Source: Rubrivivax sp.
GTDB lineage: Bacteria; Pseudomonadota; Gammaproteobacteria; Burkholderiales; Burkholderiaceae_C
Assembly (NCBI GenBank): GCA_016707445.1
Contig: JADJHR010000013.1
Coordinates: 12,450 to 76,449, forward strand
Reading direction: 5' to 3'
DNA: 64,000 nt
A model generated the notes under the pieces. It was not told the DNA's origin and did not search any database. It worked only from the letters and a program-made list of their open reading frames with translations. Below, one piece after another: positions 48,654-58,442 of the stretch. How positions within the stretch are numbered: the first letter of the stretch is position 1; every line of letters begins with the position of its first letter. The position numbers were made by a program, and so were the translations under genes.

Positions 48654-48766
48654 CGCACTTCGCAGGCGCGACGACAAGAAACGTTACGCGCCGATACCGC
48701 GCTGAAAGGACCTGCGCGCCGCCAGCGCCGACCATGGAACCCTCATCAACTCACGAGGTGATTCTC

Positions 48767-49240
48767 ATGAAAACCTGGATCCGTCGCACCCTGATCGGCG
48801 TCGTTGGCGCTACCGCACTCTTCGGCGGCCTGGCCGCCTGGGCCAGCCATTCCTATGGCCGCTGGCACGGTGACCCGGCCGAGATGAAGGCGCGTGTGGT
48901 CGACATCGCCTCTCGCAAGCTCGATCTCGACGCGTTGCAGAAGACCAAGCTCGGTACCCTGGCCGACAGCGTGCAGACGCAGCGCCTGGCGCTGAAGGGC
49001 AGCGCCGACAACCCGCGTGCCGAACTGCAGGCGCTGATCAGCGGCCCCAGCTTCGACCGAACCCAGGCCAGCGCGCTGTTGCAGGCCAAGATCGCTGCCG
49101 TTCAGCTGAAGTCGCCTGAGCTGATCAACGCCTTCGGCGATTTCTACGACAGCCTGCGTCCCGAGCAGCAGGGCAAGTTGCGTGAAGCCCTGGCCCGCGG
49201 GCGCCATGGTCATCGCGACCGTCATGACCGGCGTGACTGA
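48767..49240 (+). CDS. Spy/CpxP-family periplasmic protein
   Basis: 157 aa, signal peptide, LTxxQ-like repeats (LDALQKTKL, LRPEQQGKL), His/Arg-rich tail. Immediately upstream of an OmpR-type regulator and its kinase. Confidence 0.78.
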   Translation: MKTWIRRTLIGVVGATALFGGLAAWASHSYGRWHGDPAEMKARVVDIASRKLDLDALQKTKLGTLADSVQTQRLALKGSADNPRAELQALISGPSFDRTQASALLQAKIAAVQLKSPELINAFGDFYDSLRPEQQGKLREALARGRHGHRDRHDRRD

Positions 49241-49305
49241 TCCAGCGGCATCGACCGGCCAAGCGCCAAGCGTGGTCGGTCATCCTTGGCTGTAGTCTTG
49301 TCACC

Positions 49306-49986
49306 ATGCCCCTTGTGCTGCTGATTGACGACGACGAAGCGTTGGCGCGGCCGTTGACCGTCTACCTGAAACGTTTCGATCTCGAGCTTGAGTCGGCCAC
49401 CCGGCCCAGCGCCGGGCTGGCGCGGCTGGCGCAGGGCGGCATAGCCGCGGTGATCCTCGACGTGATGCTGCCCGAGATGGACGGCTTCGAAGTCTGCCGT
49501 CGCATCCGCGCCGACCCGGACTTGAGCGAGTTGCCGGTGCTGATGCTGACCGCGCGTGGTGAGCTGACCGACCGCGTGGTCGGGCTCGAACTGGGCGCCG
49601 ACGATTACCTGCCCAAGCCTTTCGAGCCGCGTGAGCTGGCGGCGAGACTAACGACCATTCTACGTCGTTCCCGCCCGACGGCATCGCCGGTGCTGCGTTT
49701 CGAAGGCCTGGTGATCGACAGCGTGCGCCGCCAAGTGCAGCGCGCGGATGAGCTGGTCGAACTGACCGGCACCGAGTTCGAACTGCTGCTGCTGCTGGCG
49801 CGCGAGCCGAACAAGGTGTGGACGCGCGACGAGATCCTGAACCGCCTGCGCGGCCAGGACGCGCTGGACCTGCACACACGCGCGGTCGACATCCTGGTCA
49901 GCCGCTTGCGGCGCAAGCTGGAGCCGCTGGACTGCATCAAGACCCTGCGCAATGCCGGCTACAGCTTTGCCGGAGCGCGCGTGTGA
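49306..49986 (+). CDS. OmpR/PhoB-family response regulator (CpxR-like)
   Basis: 226 aa: LLIDDDEAL...VILDVMLPEMDGFEV...LTGTEFELLLLLAREPNKVWTRDEILNRL. Confidence 0.92.
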   Translation: MPLVLLIDDDEALARPLTVYLKRFDLELESATRPSAGLARLAQGGIAAVILDVMLPEMDGFEVCRRIRADPDLSELPVLMLTARGELTDRVVGLELGADDYLPKPFEPRELAARLTTILRRSRPTASPVLRFEGLVIDSVRRQVQRADELVELTGTEFELLLLLAREPNKVWTRDEILNRLRGQDALDLHTRAVDILVSRLRRKLEPLDCIKTLRNAGYSFAGARV

Positions 49987-51323
49987 CCGCAGCGAGCCCG
50001 GGTCGCCTGCAGCGTTGGCGTGCGGCGCGCCGGCGTTTCACGCAGCGCCTGGCGCATTCGATTCGCGCCCGCCTGGTGGCGCTGTTCATGCTGCTGGCGC
50101 TGGGCATCGCCGGCGTCTTTCTGTTCGGCACGCAGCGCATCGTCGCCAGCGGCTGGCAGGCATGGGCCAAGCCGATGGTGGCCGACTATGTCAACCGCCT
50201 GGCCGCCGAGATCGGCAACCCGCCTGATCTGGTGCGTGCGCGTGCCCTGGTGGCCAGGCTGCCGATCACGCTGCGCATCGACGGGCCGCGGCTGCAGTAC
50301 GACTCTCATCCGGGCCGCCGGCCGTCGGACTCTGAGCCCTGGCGCGAGCGCGGCGCCCAGGGCCCGGGCTGGGGCCTCGAGCGCGTCAGCGCCGACGGCC
50401 ATCGCATCCGCTTCGGCCTGGCCTGGGCGGCCGGGCCCGACCGCCCGCGGCTGCTGGGCTGGATCACGCTGGCGGCGATCCTTACGCTGACGCTGCTGGC
50501 CTACACCGTGGTGCACCGCTTGTTGCGGCCGCTGCAGACCATCGGCGATGGTGTCGCGCGCTTCGGGCGAGGTGAATTCGAGCCGCCGATCAAGGTGCAG
50601 CGCCAGGACGAGCTGGGTGAACTGGCGGGACGCATCAACCGCATGGCGCACAGCCTGCACGGCATGCTGCAAGACAAGCAGGCCTTGCTGCTGGCCATCA
50701 GCCACGAGCTGCGCAGCCCGCTGACGCGGGCGCGCCTGAACGCCGAACTGGTCGACGACGGCGACGCCAAGGTGGCGCTGTTGCGTGACCTGGCCGAGAT
50801 GCGCGACCTCATCAGCAGCCTGCTCGAGAGCGAACGCATCGCCAGCGGCGCGCAGGCGCTGCAGGTCACGGCGCTGGACCTGGCCGCGCTGGTGCACGAG
50901 GTCGTCGAGGGTCTGCCGCCCGCCCCGCCCTTGCAACTGGACCTGCTGCCCGGCCTGCCGCCGGTGTCGGCCGATGGCACGCGCCTGAAGCTGCTGCTGC
51001 GCAACCTGATCGACAACGCGCGCCGGCATGGCGGCGACGCCCTGCCGGCACCGCAGGTCTTCCTGCGCCGTGAAGGTGATGGCCGCCTGGCGCTGGGCGT
51101 GCGTGACCACGGCCCGGGGGTCAGTGAGGACCAGCTGTCGCGCCTGGCCCAGGCCTTCCACCGACCCGACAGCGCCCGCACCCGCAGTGCCGGTGGCGTC
51201 GGACTCGGCCTGTACCTGTGCCGCCTGGTGGCGCAGGCGCATGGGGGCGAGTTGCGCATCCGGCGCGGCGAGCCGGGGCTGGAGGTGGCGATGCTGTGGC
51301 GACCGCAAGCTGCTGCCGGCTGA
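49983..51323 (+). CDS. sensor histidine kinase (CpxA-like)
   Basis: GTG start overlaps the regulator's stop (GTGA). TM-HAMP, H-box ISHELRSPLTRARL, HATPase (NLIDNARRHG, DHGPGV, GGVGLGLYLC). Confidence 0.88.
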   Translation: MTAASPGRLQRWRAARRRFTQRLAHSIRARLVALFMLLALGIAGVFLFGTQRIVASGWQAWAKPMVADYVNRLAAEIGNPPDLVRARALVARLPITLRIDGPRLQYDSHPGRRPSDSEPWRERGAQGPGWGLERVSADGHRIRFGLAWAAGPDRPRLLGWITLAAILTLTLLAYTVVHRLLRPLQTIGDGVARFGRGEFEPPIKVQRQDELGELAGRINRMAHSLHGMLQDKQALLLAISHELRSPLTRARLNAELVDDGDAKVALLRDLAEMRDLISSLLESERIASGAQALQVTALDLAALVHEVVEGLPPAPPLQLDLLPGLPPVSADGTRLKLLLRNLIDNARRHGGDALPAPQVFLRREGDGRLALGVRDHGPGVSEDQLSRLAQAFHRPDSARTRSAGGVGLGLYLCRLVAQAHGGELRIRRGEPGLEVAMLWRPQAAAG

Positions 51324-51324
51324 A

Positions 51325-52494
51325 TCAGGCTGCCAGCCGCGTCTCGATCAAGCGTGCATAGAAGGCCGCGCCCAGCGGCAGCGCGCGATCGTTGAAGTCG
51401 TAGGCCGGGTTGTGCACCTCGCAGCCGCCATCCTCGACGCCGTTGCCGATGTTGAGGTAGCAGCCCGGCACCTGCTCGAGCATGAATGAGAAGTCTTCCG
51501 ACGCCATGATCAGCGGTGGGTTGCGGTCGACGTTCTCCGGGCCGACCAGTTCAGTGCAGATGCGCGCCGCGAACTCGGCCTCGTCGGCGTTGTTGACGGT
51601 GGGTGCGAAGCGCACGCGGAAGTCGACCTCGACGGTGGCGCCGTAGGCCGCAGCCGTGCCTTCGGCCAGGCGCTGCATGTGGCGGCCCACGGCGTCCATC
51701 ACGTCGCGCGAGAAGGCGCGCACGGTGCCGCCCAGCTCGGCCGTCTGCGGGATCACGTTGTAGGCGTCACCGGCCAGGATGCGCGTGACCGAAACCACCG
51801 CCGCGTCCAGCGGCGCCAGGTTGCGCGACACGATGCTCTGCAGGCTGACCACGATCTGCGCGGCCACCAGCGCCGCGTCGACGCCGGTCTCGGGCCGCGC
51901 GCCGTGGGCGCCCTTGCCAGTGATGCGGATGTCGAAGAAGGCGCCGCCGGCCATCATCGGCCCGGCCCGGACGTTGAAGCGGCCGACCTCGAGCCGCGGC
52001 CGGTTGTGCATGCCGAAGATGGCGTCGCAGGGGAAACGCGTGAACAGGCCGTCGTCGATCATCGCCTGGGCGCCGCCCAGGCCTTCTTCGGCGGGCTGGA
52101 AGATGAAGTGCACGGTGCCGTCGAAGCGCTTGGTCTGTGCCAGGTATTTGGCCGCGCCCAGCAGCATCGCGGTATGTCCATCGTGACCGCAGGCGTGCAT
52201 CACCCCGGCGTGCACCGAGCGGTGCGCGAAGCGGTTGGCCTCCGGGATGGGCAGCGCGTCCATGTCGGCACGCAGGCCGATGCGGCGCGTGCTGCGCCCG
52301 GCGCGCAGCACGCCGACCACGCCGGTGCGGCCGACACCTCGGGTGACCGTGATGCCGAAGGCTTCCAGCTGCCTCGCCACCAGCCCGGCGGTGCGGTTCT
52401 CCTGGAAACCCAGTTCGGGGTGGGCATGGATGTCCTGCCGCCAGACCGTCATGTCGGCGTGCAGCGGGGCCAGGGTTTCGAGCGTGGTGGTCAT
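51325..52494 (-). CDS. M20 family amidohydrolase (aminoacylase / hippurate hydrolase type)
   Basis: MTTTLETLAPLHADMTVWRQDIHAHPELGFQE...LRADMDALPI...MHACGHDGH.... Track ORF 51325-53253 over-extends. Confidence 0.88.
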   Translation of the reverse strand: MTTTLETLAPLHADMTVWRQDIHAHPELGFQENRTAGLVARQLEAFGITVTRGVGRTGVVGVLRAGRSTRRIGLRADMDALPIPEANRFAHRSVHAGVMHACGHDGHTAMLLGAAKYLAQTKRFDGTVHFIFQPAEEGLGGAQAMIDDGLFTRFPCDAIFGMHNRPRLEVGRFNVRAGPMMAGGAFFDIRITGKGAHGARPETGVDAALVAAQIVVSLQSIVSRNLAPLDAAVVSVTRILAGDAYNVIPQTAELGGTVRAFSRDVMDAVGRHMQRLAEGTAAAYGATVEVDFRVRFAPTVNNADEAEFAARICTELVGPENVDRNPPLIMASEDFSFMLEQVPGCYLNIGNGVEDGGCEVHNPAYDFNDRALPLGAAFYARLIETRLAA

Positions 52495-52547
52495 GGGTGC
52501 GGGCTTGGCGGGTGGTGGCGGGCCCATCGTAGCCTCAGCGGTCTGAT

Positions 52548-53213
52548 TCAAGCCGCCGGCTGGCGCGTGCCCAGCAGACGCAGCGCCAGCAGCATGAACA
52601 GCAGCGCGCCACCGCCTTGCAGCAAGCGCGCACCGCGCGGTGACGACGGCCACCGGCGCAGCCGAGTCGCCAGCACCACCACCACCAGCAGGAACAGGCT
52701 GCTCTGCAGCACGAAAAGCAGCCCCAGCGCCAGAAAGGCCAGAGTCTTGTGTGTCGTGGCCGGCGCGATGAACTGCGGCAGGAAGGCGAGGAAGAACAGC
52801 GCCACCTTGGGGTTCAGCACGTTGGTGAGCACGCCGACGCGAAAGTCGGCCCAGGCCGGGCGATTGCTGGCCGTCACCAGCGCTTTGGCCGGTGCGCCGG
52901 TGCGCAATGCGGCGCGCGCCATGCCGACGGCCAGCCACAACAGGTAGGCGGCGCCGAGCCACTTGATGGCCAAGAAGGCTGTGGCCGACACCGCCAGCAG
53001 CGCTGCCAGCCCGAAGGCCGCGGCCATGGCATGCACGACACAACCGGCGTTGATGCCCAATGCCGCCGCCATGCCCGCTTTGGCGCCACCCTGCAGCGTG
53101 CGTGTCACGGTCAGCAGAAGGTCGACGCCAGGTGTCGCGTTGAGCACCAGCGTGGCCAGCATGAACAGGCCCAGCTCTGGCCAGCCGGCCAATCCCAGCA
53201 GCGCCGGCGTCAC
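52548..53213 (-). CDS. LysE/RhtB-family amino-acid exporter
   Basis: ~221 aa: ...ATLVLNATPGVDLLLTV...NVLNPKVALFFLAFLPQF.... GTG start overlaps the thiolase stop (GTGA). Confidence 0.82.
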   Translation of the reverse strand: MTPALLGLAGWPELGLFMLATLVLNATPGVDLLLTVTRTLQGGAKAGMAAALGINAGCVVHAMAAAFGLAALLAVSATAFLAIKWLGAAYLLWLAVGMARAALRTGAPAKALVTASNRPAWADFRVGVLTNVLNPKVALFFLAFLPQFIAPATTHKTLAFLALGLLFVLQSSLFLLVVVVLATRLRRWPSSPRGARLLQGGGALLFMLLALRLLGTRQPAA

Positions 53214-54388
53214 AACATTTCGATTGCCATCGCCGTGGCCTCGCCGCCGCCAATGCACAGCGCGGCCACGCCGCGCCTGAGGCCGCGCTTCTTCAGTGCG
53301 CCCAGCAGCGTGACGACGATGCGCGCACCGCTGGCGCCGATCGGGTGGCCCAGCGCGCAGGCGCCGCCGTGCACGTTGACGATCTCGTGCGGCAGGCCGA
53401 AATCGTGCATCGCGGCCATGGTGACGGCGGCGAAGGCTTCATTCACCTCCCACAGGTTGACGCTCTTGGCGTCCCAGCCCGCCTTCTTCAAGGCCTTCTC
53501 GATCGCGCCGGCCGGTGCGGTGGCAAACCACTCGGGCGCCTGGGCATGCACCGCGTGGCTGACGATGCGCGCCAACGGTGTGGCGCCCAGGCGCGTGGCC
53601 GTGCTTTCGCGCATCAGCACCAGGGCGGCGGCGCCGTCGGAGATGCTGGACGCATTGGCCGCGGTGATGGTGCCGTCCTTTCGGAACGCCGGCTTCAGGC
53701 CTGGGATCTTGTCGAGCTTGGCCTTGAAAGGCTGTTCGTCGAACTTGATCACGCTGTCGCCGGTCTTGCCCGGCAGCGTGACAGGTGCCATCTCCCAGTC
53801 GAAGCTGCCGTCTTCGTTGGCGAGCCTCGCGCGCGTGGTGGATGCGATCGCGAAGCGGTCCTGCGCCTCGCGCGTGAAGCGGTACTTGTCGACGCAGGCC
53901 TCGGCAAACACGCCCATGGCCTTGCCACGTTCGTAGGCATCTTCCAGGCCGTCCATGGCCATGTGGTCGAACAGCTGCGCGGCGCCGTACTTGACGCCCT
54001 TGCGCGCGAACATCAGGTGCGGCGCGTTGGTCATGCTTTCCATGCCACCGGCCACCATCACCTGCGCCGTGCCGGCAACCAGCATGTCGTGCGCGAACAT
54101 GGCCGCGCGCATGCCGCTGCCGCACATCTTGCTCAGCGTCACCGCGCCGCTGCTGTCGGGCAGCCCGGCCCGGCGCGTCGCCTGGCGTGCCGGCGCCTGG
54201 CCCTGGCCGGCCATCAGGCAGTTGCCGAACAGGACCTCGTCGACCGCGTCACCCGGCACACCGGCGCGCTCGACCGCGGCGCGGATCGCCACTGCACCCA
54301 GCTCCCAGGCGGGCAAGGACGCAAAGTCGCCCAGCAGGCCGCCGATGGGCGTGCGGGCGGCGGACACAATGACGACGGGGTCGGACAT
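53210..54388 (-). CDS. acetyl-CoA C-acyl/acetyltransferase (thiolase)
   Basis: MSDPVVIVSAARTPIG...LSKMCGSGMRA...NVHGGACALGHPIGASGARI...ALCIGGGEA. SD aaggag precedes the ATG at 54388. Confidence 0.93.
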   Translation of the reverse strand: MSDPVVIVSAARTPIGGLLGDFASLPAWELGAVAIRAAVERAGVPGDAVDEVLFGNCLMAGQGQAPARQATRRAGLPDSSGAVTLSKMCGSGMRAAMFAHDMLVAGTAQVMVAGGMESMTNAPHLMFARKGVKYGAAQLFDHMAMDGLEDAYERGKAMGVFAEACVDKYRFTREAQDRFAIASTTRARLANEDGSFDWEMAPVTLPGKTGDSVIKFDEQPFKAKLDKIPGLKPAFRKDGTITAANASSISDGAAALVLMRESTATRLGATPLARIVSHAVHAQAPEWFATAPAGAIEKALKKAGWDAKSVNLWEVNEAFAAVTMAAMHDFGLPHEIVNVHGGACALGHPIGASGARIVVTLLGALKKRGLRRGVAALCIGGGEATAMAIEML

Positions 54389-54460
54389 GGGTTTCTCCTT
54401 CAAAGGGCCGAGGGCCGTTCGATGCGGACACGATGCAGACGTTCACAAGGTCTCGCACGC

Positions 54461-55129
54461 TCAGTCTTCGGCGGTGTCTGCCATTCGGGGATAGCGCTTG
54501 ATGGCGGCGCCGAACCGGGGCACCACCGATTCGGGGCTGTCCATCGTCACTTCCAGATCCTTCAGCAGACCGTCATTGAGCCCGTAGACCCAACCGTGCA
54601 CCGCCAGCGATTGGCCACGCGCCCAGGCGTCCTGCACCACGGTCGACATCGCCACGTTGCCGACCTGCTCGATCACGTTCATCTCGCACAGGATGGTCTC
54701 CTGCTCGGCCGGCGGCAGGTGGTCCAGCCGCTTGCGGTGGCGCAGGCGCACGTCCTGCACGTGGCGCAACCAGTTGTCGGCCAGCCCGATGCGCAGCCCG
54801 CGCATGGCCGCGCGCACGCCGGCACAGCCATAGTGGCCGACCACCATGATGTGCCTGACCTTGAGGTGCTCGACCGCGAACTGGATCGTCGACAAGGCGT
54901 TCAGGTCGCTGTGCACCACCACGTTGGCCACGTTGCGGTGCACGAACACCTCGCCCGGGTCGAGCCCGGTGATCTCGTTGGCCGGCACGCGGCTGTCGGC
55001 GCAGCCGATCCACATGTAGCGCGGGCTCTGCTGCTGCGCCAGCCGCGTGAAGAAGCCGGGTTCGCGCGCTTCGGTGGCGGCGGCCCAGCGGCGGTTGTTC
55101 GCAAGCAGGTCGTTCAGGTGCGGGCTCAT
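54461..55129 (-). CDS. can: beta-class carbonic anhydrase
   Basis: 222 aa: PRYMWIGCADSRVPANEI...HYGCAGV. Confidence 0.9.
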   Translation of the reverse strand: MSPHLNDLLANNRRWAAATEAREPGFFTRLAQQQSPRYMWIGCADSRVPANEITGLDPGEVFVHRNVANVVVHSDLNALSTIQFAVEHLKVRHIMVVGHYGCAGVRAAMRGLRIGLADNWLRHVQDVRLRHRKRLDHLPPAEQETILCEMNVIEQVGNVAMSTVVQDAWARGQSLAVHGWVYGLNDGLLKDLEVTMDSPESVVPRFGAAIKRYPRMADTAED

Positions 55130-55147
55130 GGGGTGCCGGCAATGGCC

Positions 55148-56326
55148 TTACATCGTCTCTGCGAACAACTCGCGCCCGATCAGCATGCGGCGGATCTCGC
55201 TGGTCCCGGCGCCGATCTCGTACAGCTTGGCGTCGCGCCACAGCCGGCCCAGCGGGTAGTCGTTGATGTAGCCGTTGCCGCCGAAGATCTGCACGCCTTC
55301 GCCGGCCATCCAGGTGGCCTTCTCGGCGCACCACAGGATCACGCTGGCGCAGTCCTTGCGCACCTGGCGCACATGTTCGCTGCCCAGCTGGTCGAGGTTC
55401 TTGCCGATCGTGTAGCAGAAGGCGCGGCCGGCCTGCAGCACGGTGTACATGTCGGCCAGCTTGCCCTGGATGAGCTGGAACTCGCCGATGCTCTGGCCGA
55501 ACTGCTTGCGGTCGTGCACATAGGGCACCACGCTGTCCATCACCGCCTGCATGATGCCGATCGGCCCTGCGGCCAGCACGGCGCGCTCGTAGTCCAGCCC
55601 GCTCATCAGCACCTTGGCGCCGCCGTTCAGGCTGCCCAGCACGTGGTCGGCGGGCACCTCGACGTTGTTGAACACCATCTCACCGGTGTGGCTGCCACGC
55701 ATGCCCAGCTTGTCCAGCTTCTGTGCGGTGGAAAAACCTGGCATGCCTTTTTCGACGATGAAGGCGGTGACGCCGCGCGCGCCGAGCTCGGGCTCGGTCT
55801 TGGCGTAAACCACCATCACGTCGGCGTCAGGACCGTTGGTGATCCACATCTTGCTGCCGTTGAGCACATAGACACCACCGCGCTCTTCGGCCTTGAGCTT
55901 CATGCTGATCACGTCCGACCCTGCGCCGGGCTCGCTCATCGCCAGCGCGCCCACATGCTCGCCGCTGATCAGCCGGGGCAGGAAGCGGCGGCGTTGCGCG
56001 TCGCTGCCGTTGCGCTTGATCTGGTTGACGCACAGGTTGCTGTGCGCGCCGTAGCTCAGACCCACCGAGGCCGAGGCGCGGCTGATCTCTTCCATCGCGA
56101 TCATGTGCGCCAGGTAGCCCATGCCGGCGCCGCCGTATTCGTCGGACACGGTGATGCCCAGCACGCCGAGCTCGCCCATCTTGCGCCACAGGTCCATCGG
56201 AAACTGGTCGCTGCGGTCGATCTCGGCAGCGCGCGGCGCGATCTCGGCGTCGGCAAAGTGGCGCACCGCGTCGCGCAGCGCGTCGATGTCCTCGCCGAGC
56301 TGGAAGTCGAGGCCGGGCAGGGTCAT
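55148..56326 (-). CDS. ivd: isovaleryl-CoA dehydrogenase
   Basis: [25 protein letters not shown]...[13 protein letters not shown]...[21 protein letters not shown]. Track ORF over-extends to 56722. Confidence 0.92.
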   Translation of the reverse strand: MTLPGLDFQLGEDIDALRDAVRHFADAEIAPRAAEIDRSDQFPMDLWRKMGELGVLGITVSDEYGGAGMGYLAHMIAMEEISRASASVGLSYGAHSNLCVNQIKRNGSDAQRRRFLPRLISGEHVGALAMSEPGAGSDVISMKLKAEERGGVYVLNGSKMWITNGPDADVMVVYAKTEPELGARGVTAFIVEKGMPGFSTAQKLDKLGMRGSHTGEMVFNNVEVPADHVLGSLNGGAKVLMSGLDYERAVLAAGPIGIMQAVMDSVVPYVHDRKQFGQSIGEFQLIQGKLADMYTVLQAGRAFCYTIGKNLDQLGSEHVRQVRKDCASVILWCAEKATWMAGEGVQIFGGNGYINDYPLGRLWRDAKLYEIGAGTSEIRRMLIGRELFAETM

Positions 56327-56784
56327 GGCAGTTCTCCGGGATGGGGGGCGGGTGCGGTCGAACGCGATGATAGGAGCCGGTTCGGGCGCGATTGCGCCAT
56401 GGGCCCAGGCGCACGATGCTTCGACCAAGGCGGGGTCGACGTTGACCGAAACGTCAATGTAACCGCAGCCTCGGTGGGTGGGCGATGCTGCCGGGCAGCA
56501 CGCCAGCTGACGCGGCGACGGCACGGAGGGTGAGCGGGCGGCAGGGACTCGGGCCCTGCCGCCGCCACCGCCGCGGGTGCCGGTGGCCCCGCGATCGTGG
56601 CCCAGGTCGGGATGACAGCGTCTGGCCGAAGTGTGCGGGGTGCGTTGCGCCGCGGACATCCCCAATTGGAATGAGGGATGGACGGCGTTCGATCCCCCGA
56701 AAGGGCGATACGCAGGTCGCACTGCAGGCGCCTTGCGTTGCAGCTACAGGTTCACCCCGCGCTCGCCACCCCCGGCCCTGCCGC

Positions 56785-57675
56785 TCAGTCGATCGCTGGC
56801 AGCACGTGCTCGCGCAAGGTGCCCAGCGCGTGCTGGTAGTCGGGCAGTACCGATCGCACCACGTCCCAGAACGCGGGGCTGTGGTTCATTTCCCGCAGGT
56901 GGGCGAGTTCGTGGGTCACGACGTAGTCGATCACCGGCAGGCCGAAGTGCACCAGGCGCCAGTTCAGCCGGATCGAGCCGTCGGCGCTGGCGCTGCCCCA
57001 GCGTGTGGTGGCCGAACTCAGGCCGATGCGTCGCACGCGTACACCCAGTCGGGCGGCGAAGAAGGCGCAGCGTTCTTCGAACACGCGCCGCGCCTGGCGC
57101 TGCAGCCAGCTCTGCACCAGTTCGCGCACCTGCGCCTCGCTGGCGTGCTGCGGCAGGCCCAGGTGTAGCGTCAGTCGCGGCACGCCTGGCAGGGCCTGAG
57201 CGTCGGTGTTGAGCACGGCGCCCTGGGTGCGCGGGTCCAGCACCAGGATCACGGTTTCGCCCAGAAACGGCAGCTGCGCCCCGTCGCGCCAGGCGATGCG
57301 CGACGATTGCATGCGGCGTGCACGATCGGCTTGCTCTTGCAGCTTGCGCAGGATCCAGCGCTCTTTCTCACGCAAGGCGGACTCGACCTCGCCCACGCCG
57401 ACCCAGCGCGGTGCGCTGACGCTCAGGCCTTCGGGGCCGACGACGAAGCCGATGCTGCGCCGGCGTGCGCGGCGCAGCTCGTAGTGCACCTGATGCGTGC
57501 CGAAGCGGATCTCGCGCTGCGCGCGCGGATGACGGAATGTGGGCAGTGGCTGGGCCGCCTGCTCAGCCGGCGCCGGCAATTCGGGCTGGGTTGGCGGCCT
57601 GGCCTGCGCGGCCGGCGGCGCGTCGTCGAACAGCGAAAGCTGCGCGGGCGGGCTGGCGTCAGACCGAAGCGGCAT
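56785..57675 (-). CDS. YgjP-like M48/DUF45 metal-dependent hydrolase
   Basis: 296 aa, C-terminal YVVTHELAHLREMNHSPAFW (HExxH). Confidence 0.82.
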   Translation of the reverse strand: MPLRSDASPPAQLSLFDDAPPAAQARPPTQPELPAPAEQAAQPLPTFRHPRAQREIRFGTHQVHYELRRARRRSIGFVVGPEGLSVSAPRWVGVGEVESALREKERWILRKLQEQADRARRMQSSRIAWRDGAQLPFLGETVILVLDPRTQGAVLNTDAQALPGVPRLTLHLGLPQHASEAQVRELVQSWLQRQARRVFEERCAFFAARLGVRVRRIGLSSATTRWGSASADGSIRLNWRLVHFGLPVIDYVVTHELAHLREMNHSPAFWDVVRSVLPDYQHALGTLREHVLPAID

Positions 57676-57686
57676 GGACCATGATT

Positions 57687-58442
57687 CTAGGAGCGGTAGG
57701 CGTCGGGATCGAGGCGACGCATCTCGGCCTCGATCCAGGCCTCGACTTCGCGCATCAGCTCGTCGGCCTGGCGTCCGTTGCTGGCGATGGGCCTGCCGAT
57801 CGAGATGTCGACCACGCCTGGTCTCAGCAGAAAGCTTCTGCGCGGCCAGCAGCGCGCCGACGTGGCGGCGATCGGCACGATCGGCACGCCGGCTTCGATG
57901 GCCAGCCGCGCAGCGCCGGACTTGTAGATACCCTGGCCGCCGCGCGGCGTGCGGGTGCCTTCGGGAAACATGATCACCCAGATGCCTTCGGCGAACAGCC
58001 GCTTGCCCTGCGCCGCCACCCGGGCCCAGGCCTCGTTGCGCTTGCTGCGGTCGATGTGGATCATGTCCAGCCGGCCCATGGCCCAGCCGAAGAACGGGAT
58101 GTACAGCAGCTCGCGCTTGAACACATAGGCCAGCGGGTGCGGCATCAGTGTCGGGAAGGCAAAGGTCTCCCAGGTGCTCTGGTGCTTGGACGCCAGCAGC
58201 ACCGCGGCATGGCTGTCGGCCGCCGTCGGCAGGTTGTTCATGCCGTGCATGCGATGGCGCACGCCGCAGATCATGCGCGCGCCCCACACCGTCAGCCGCA
58301 GCCAGCCCATGGTCGGCCAGTACAGCCGGGTGCCGCGCACGAAGATCGACAGCAGCACCATCGCGATGCCGTAGGGCACCACGGTGGCGGCCATCCACAG
58401 CACGAACAGGCCCGAGCGCAGCACCCACCCGACACGCCTCAA
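57687..58442 (-). CDS. plsC: 1-acyl-sn-glycerol-3-phosphate acyltransferase
   Basis: 251 aa: SKHQSTWETF (HX4D-type block) and FPEGTRTPRG. Confidence 0.88.
   Translation of the reverse strand: MRRVGWVLRSGLFVLWMAATVVPYGIAMVLLSIFVRGTRLYWPTMGWLRLTVWGARMICGVRHRMHGMNNLPTAADSHAAVLLASKHQSTWETFAFPTLMPHPLAYVFKRELLYIPFFGWAMGRLDMIHIDRSKRNEAWARVAAQGKRLFAEGIWVIMFPEGTRTPRGGQGIYKSGAARLAIEAGVPIVPIAATSARCWPRRSFLLRPGVVDISIGRPIASNGRQADELMREVEAWIEAEMRRLDPDAYRS

Noticed and set aside
56641-56740. tRNA-like fragment suggested by ggcgttcgatccccc in the ivd upstream spacer.
   Set aside because: No acceptor, D or anticodon arms can be folded. The candidate anticodon hairpin (atccc...gggat) has a 12-nt loop.
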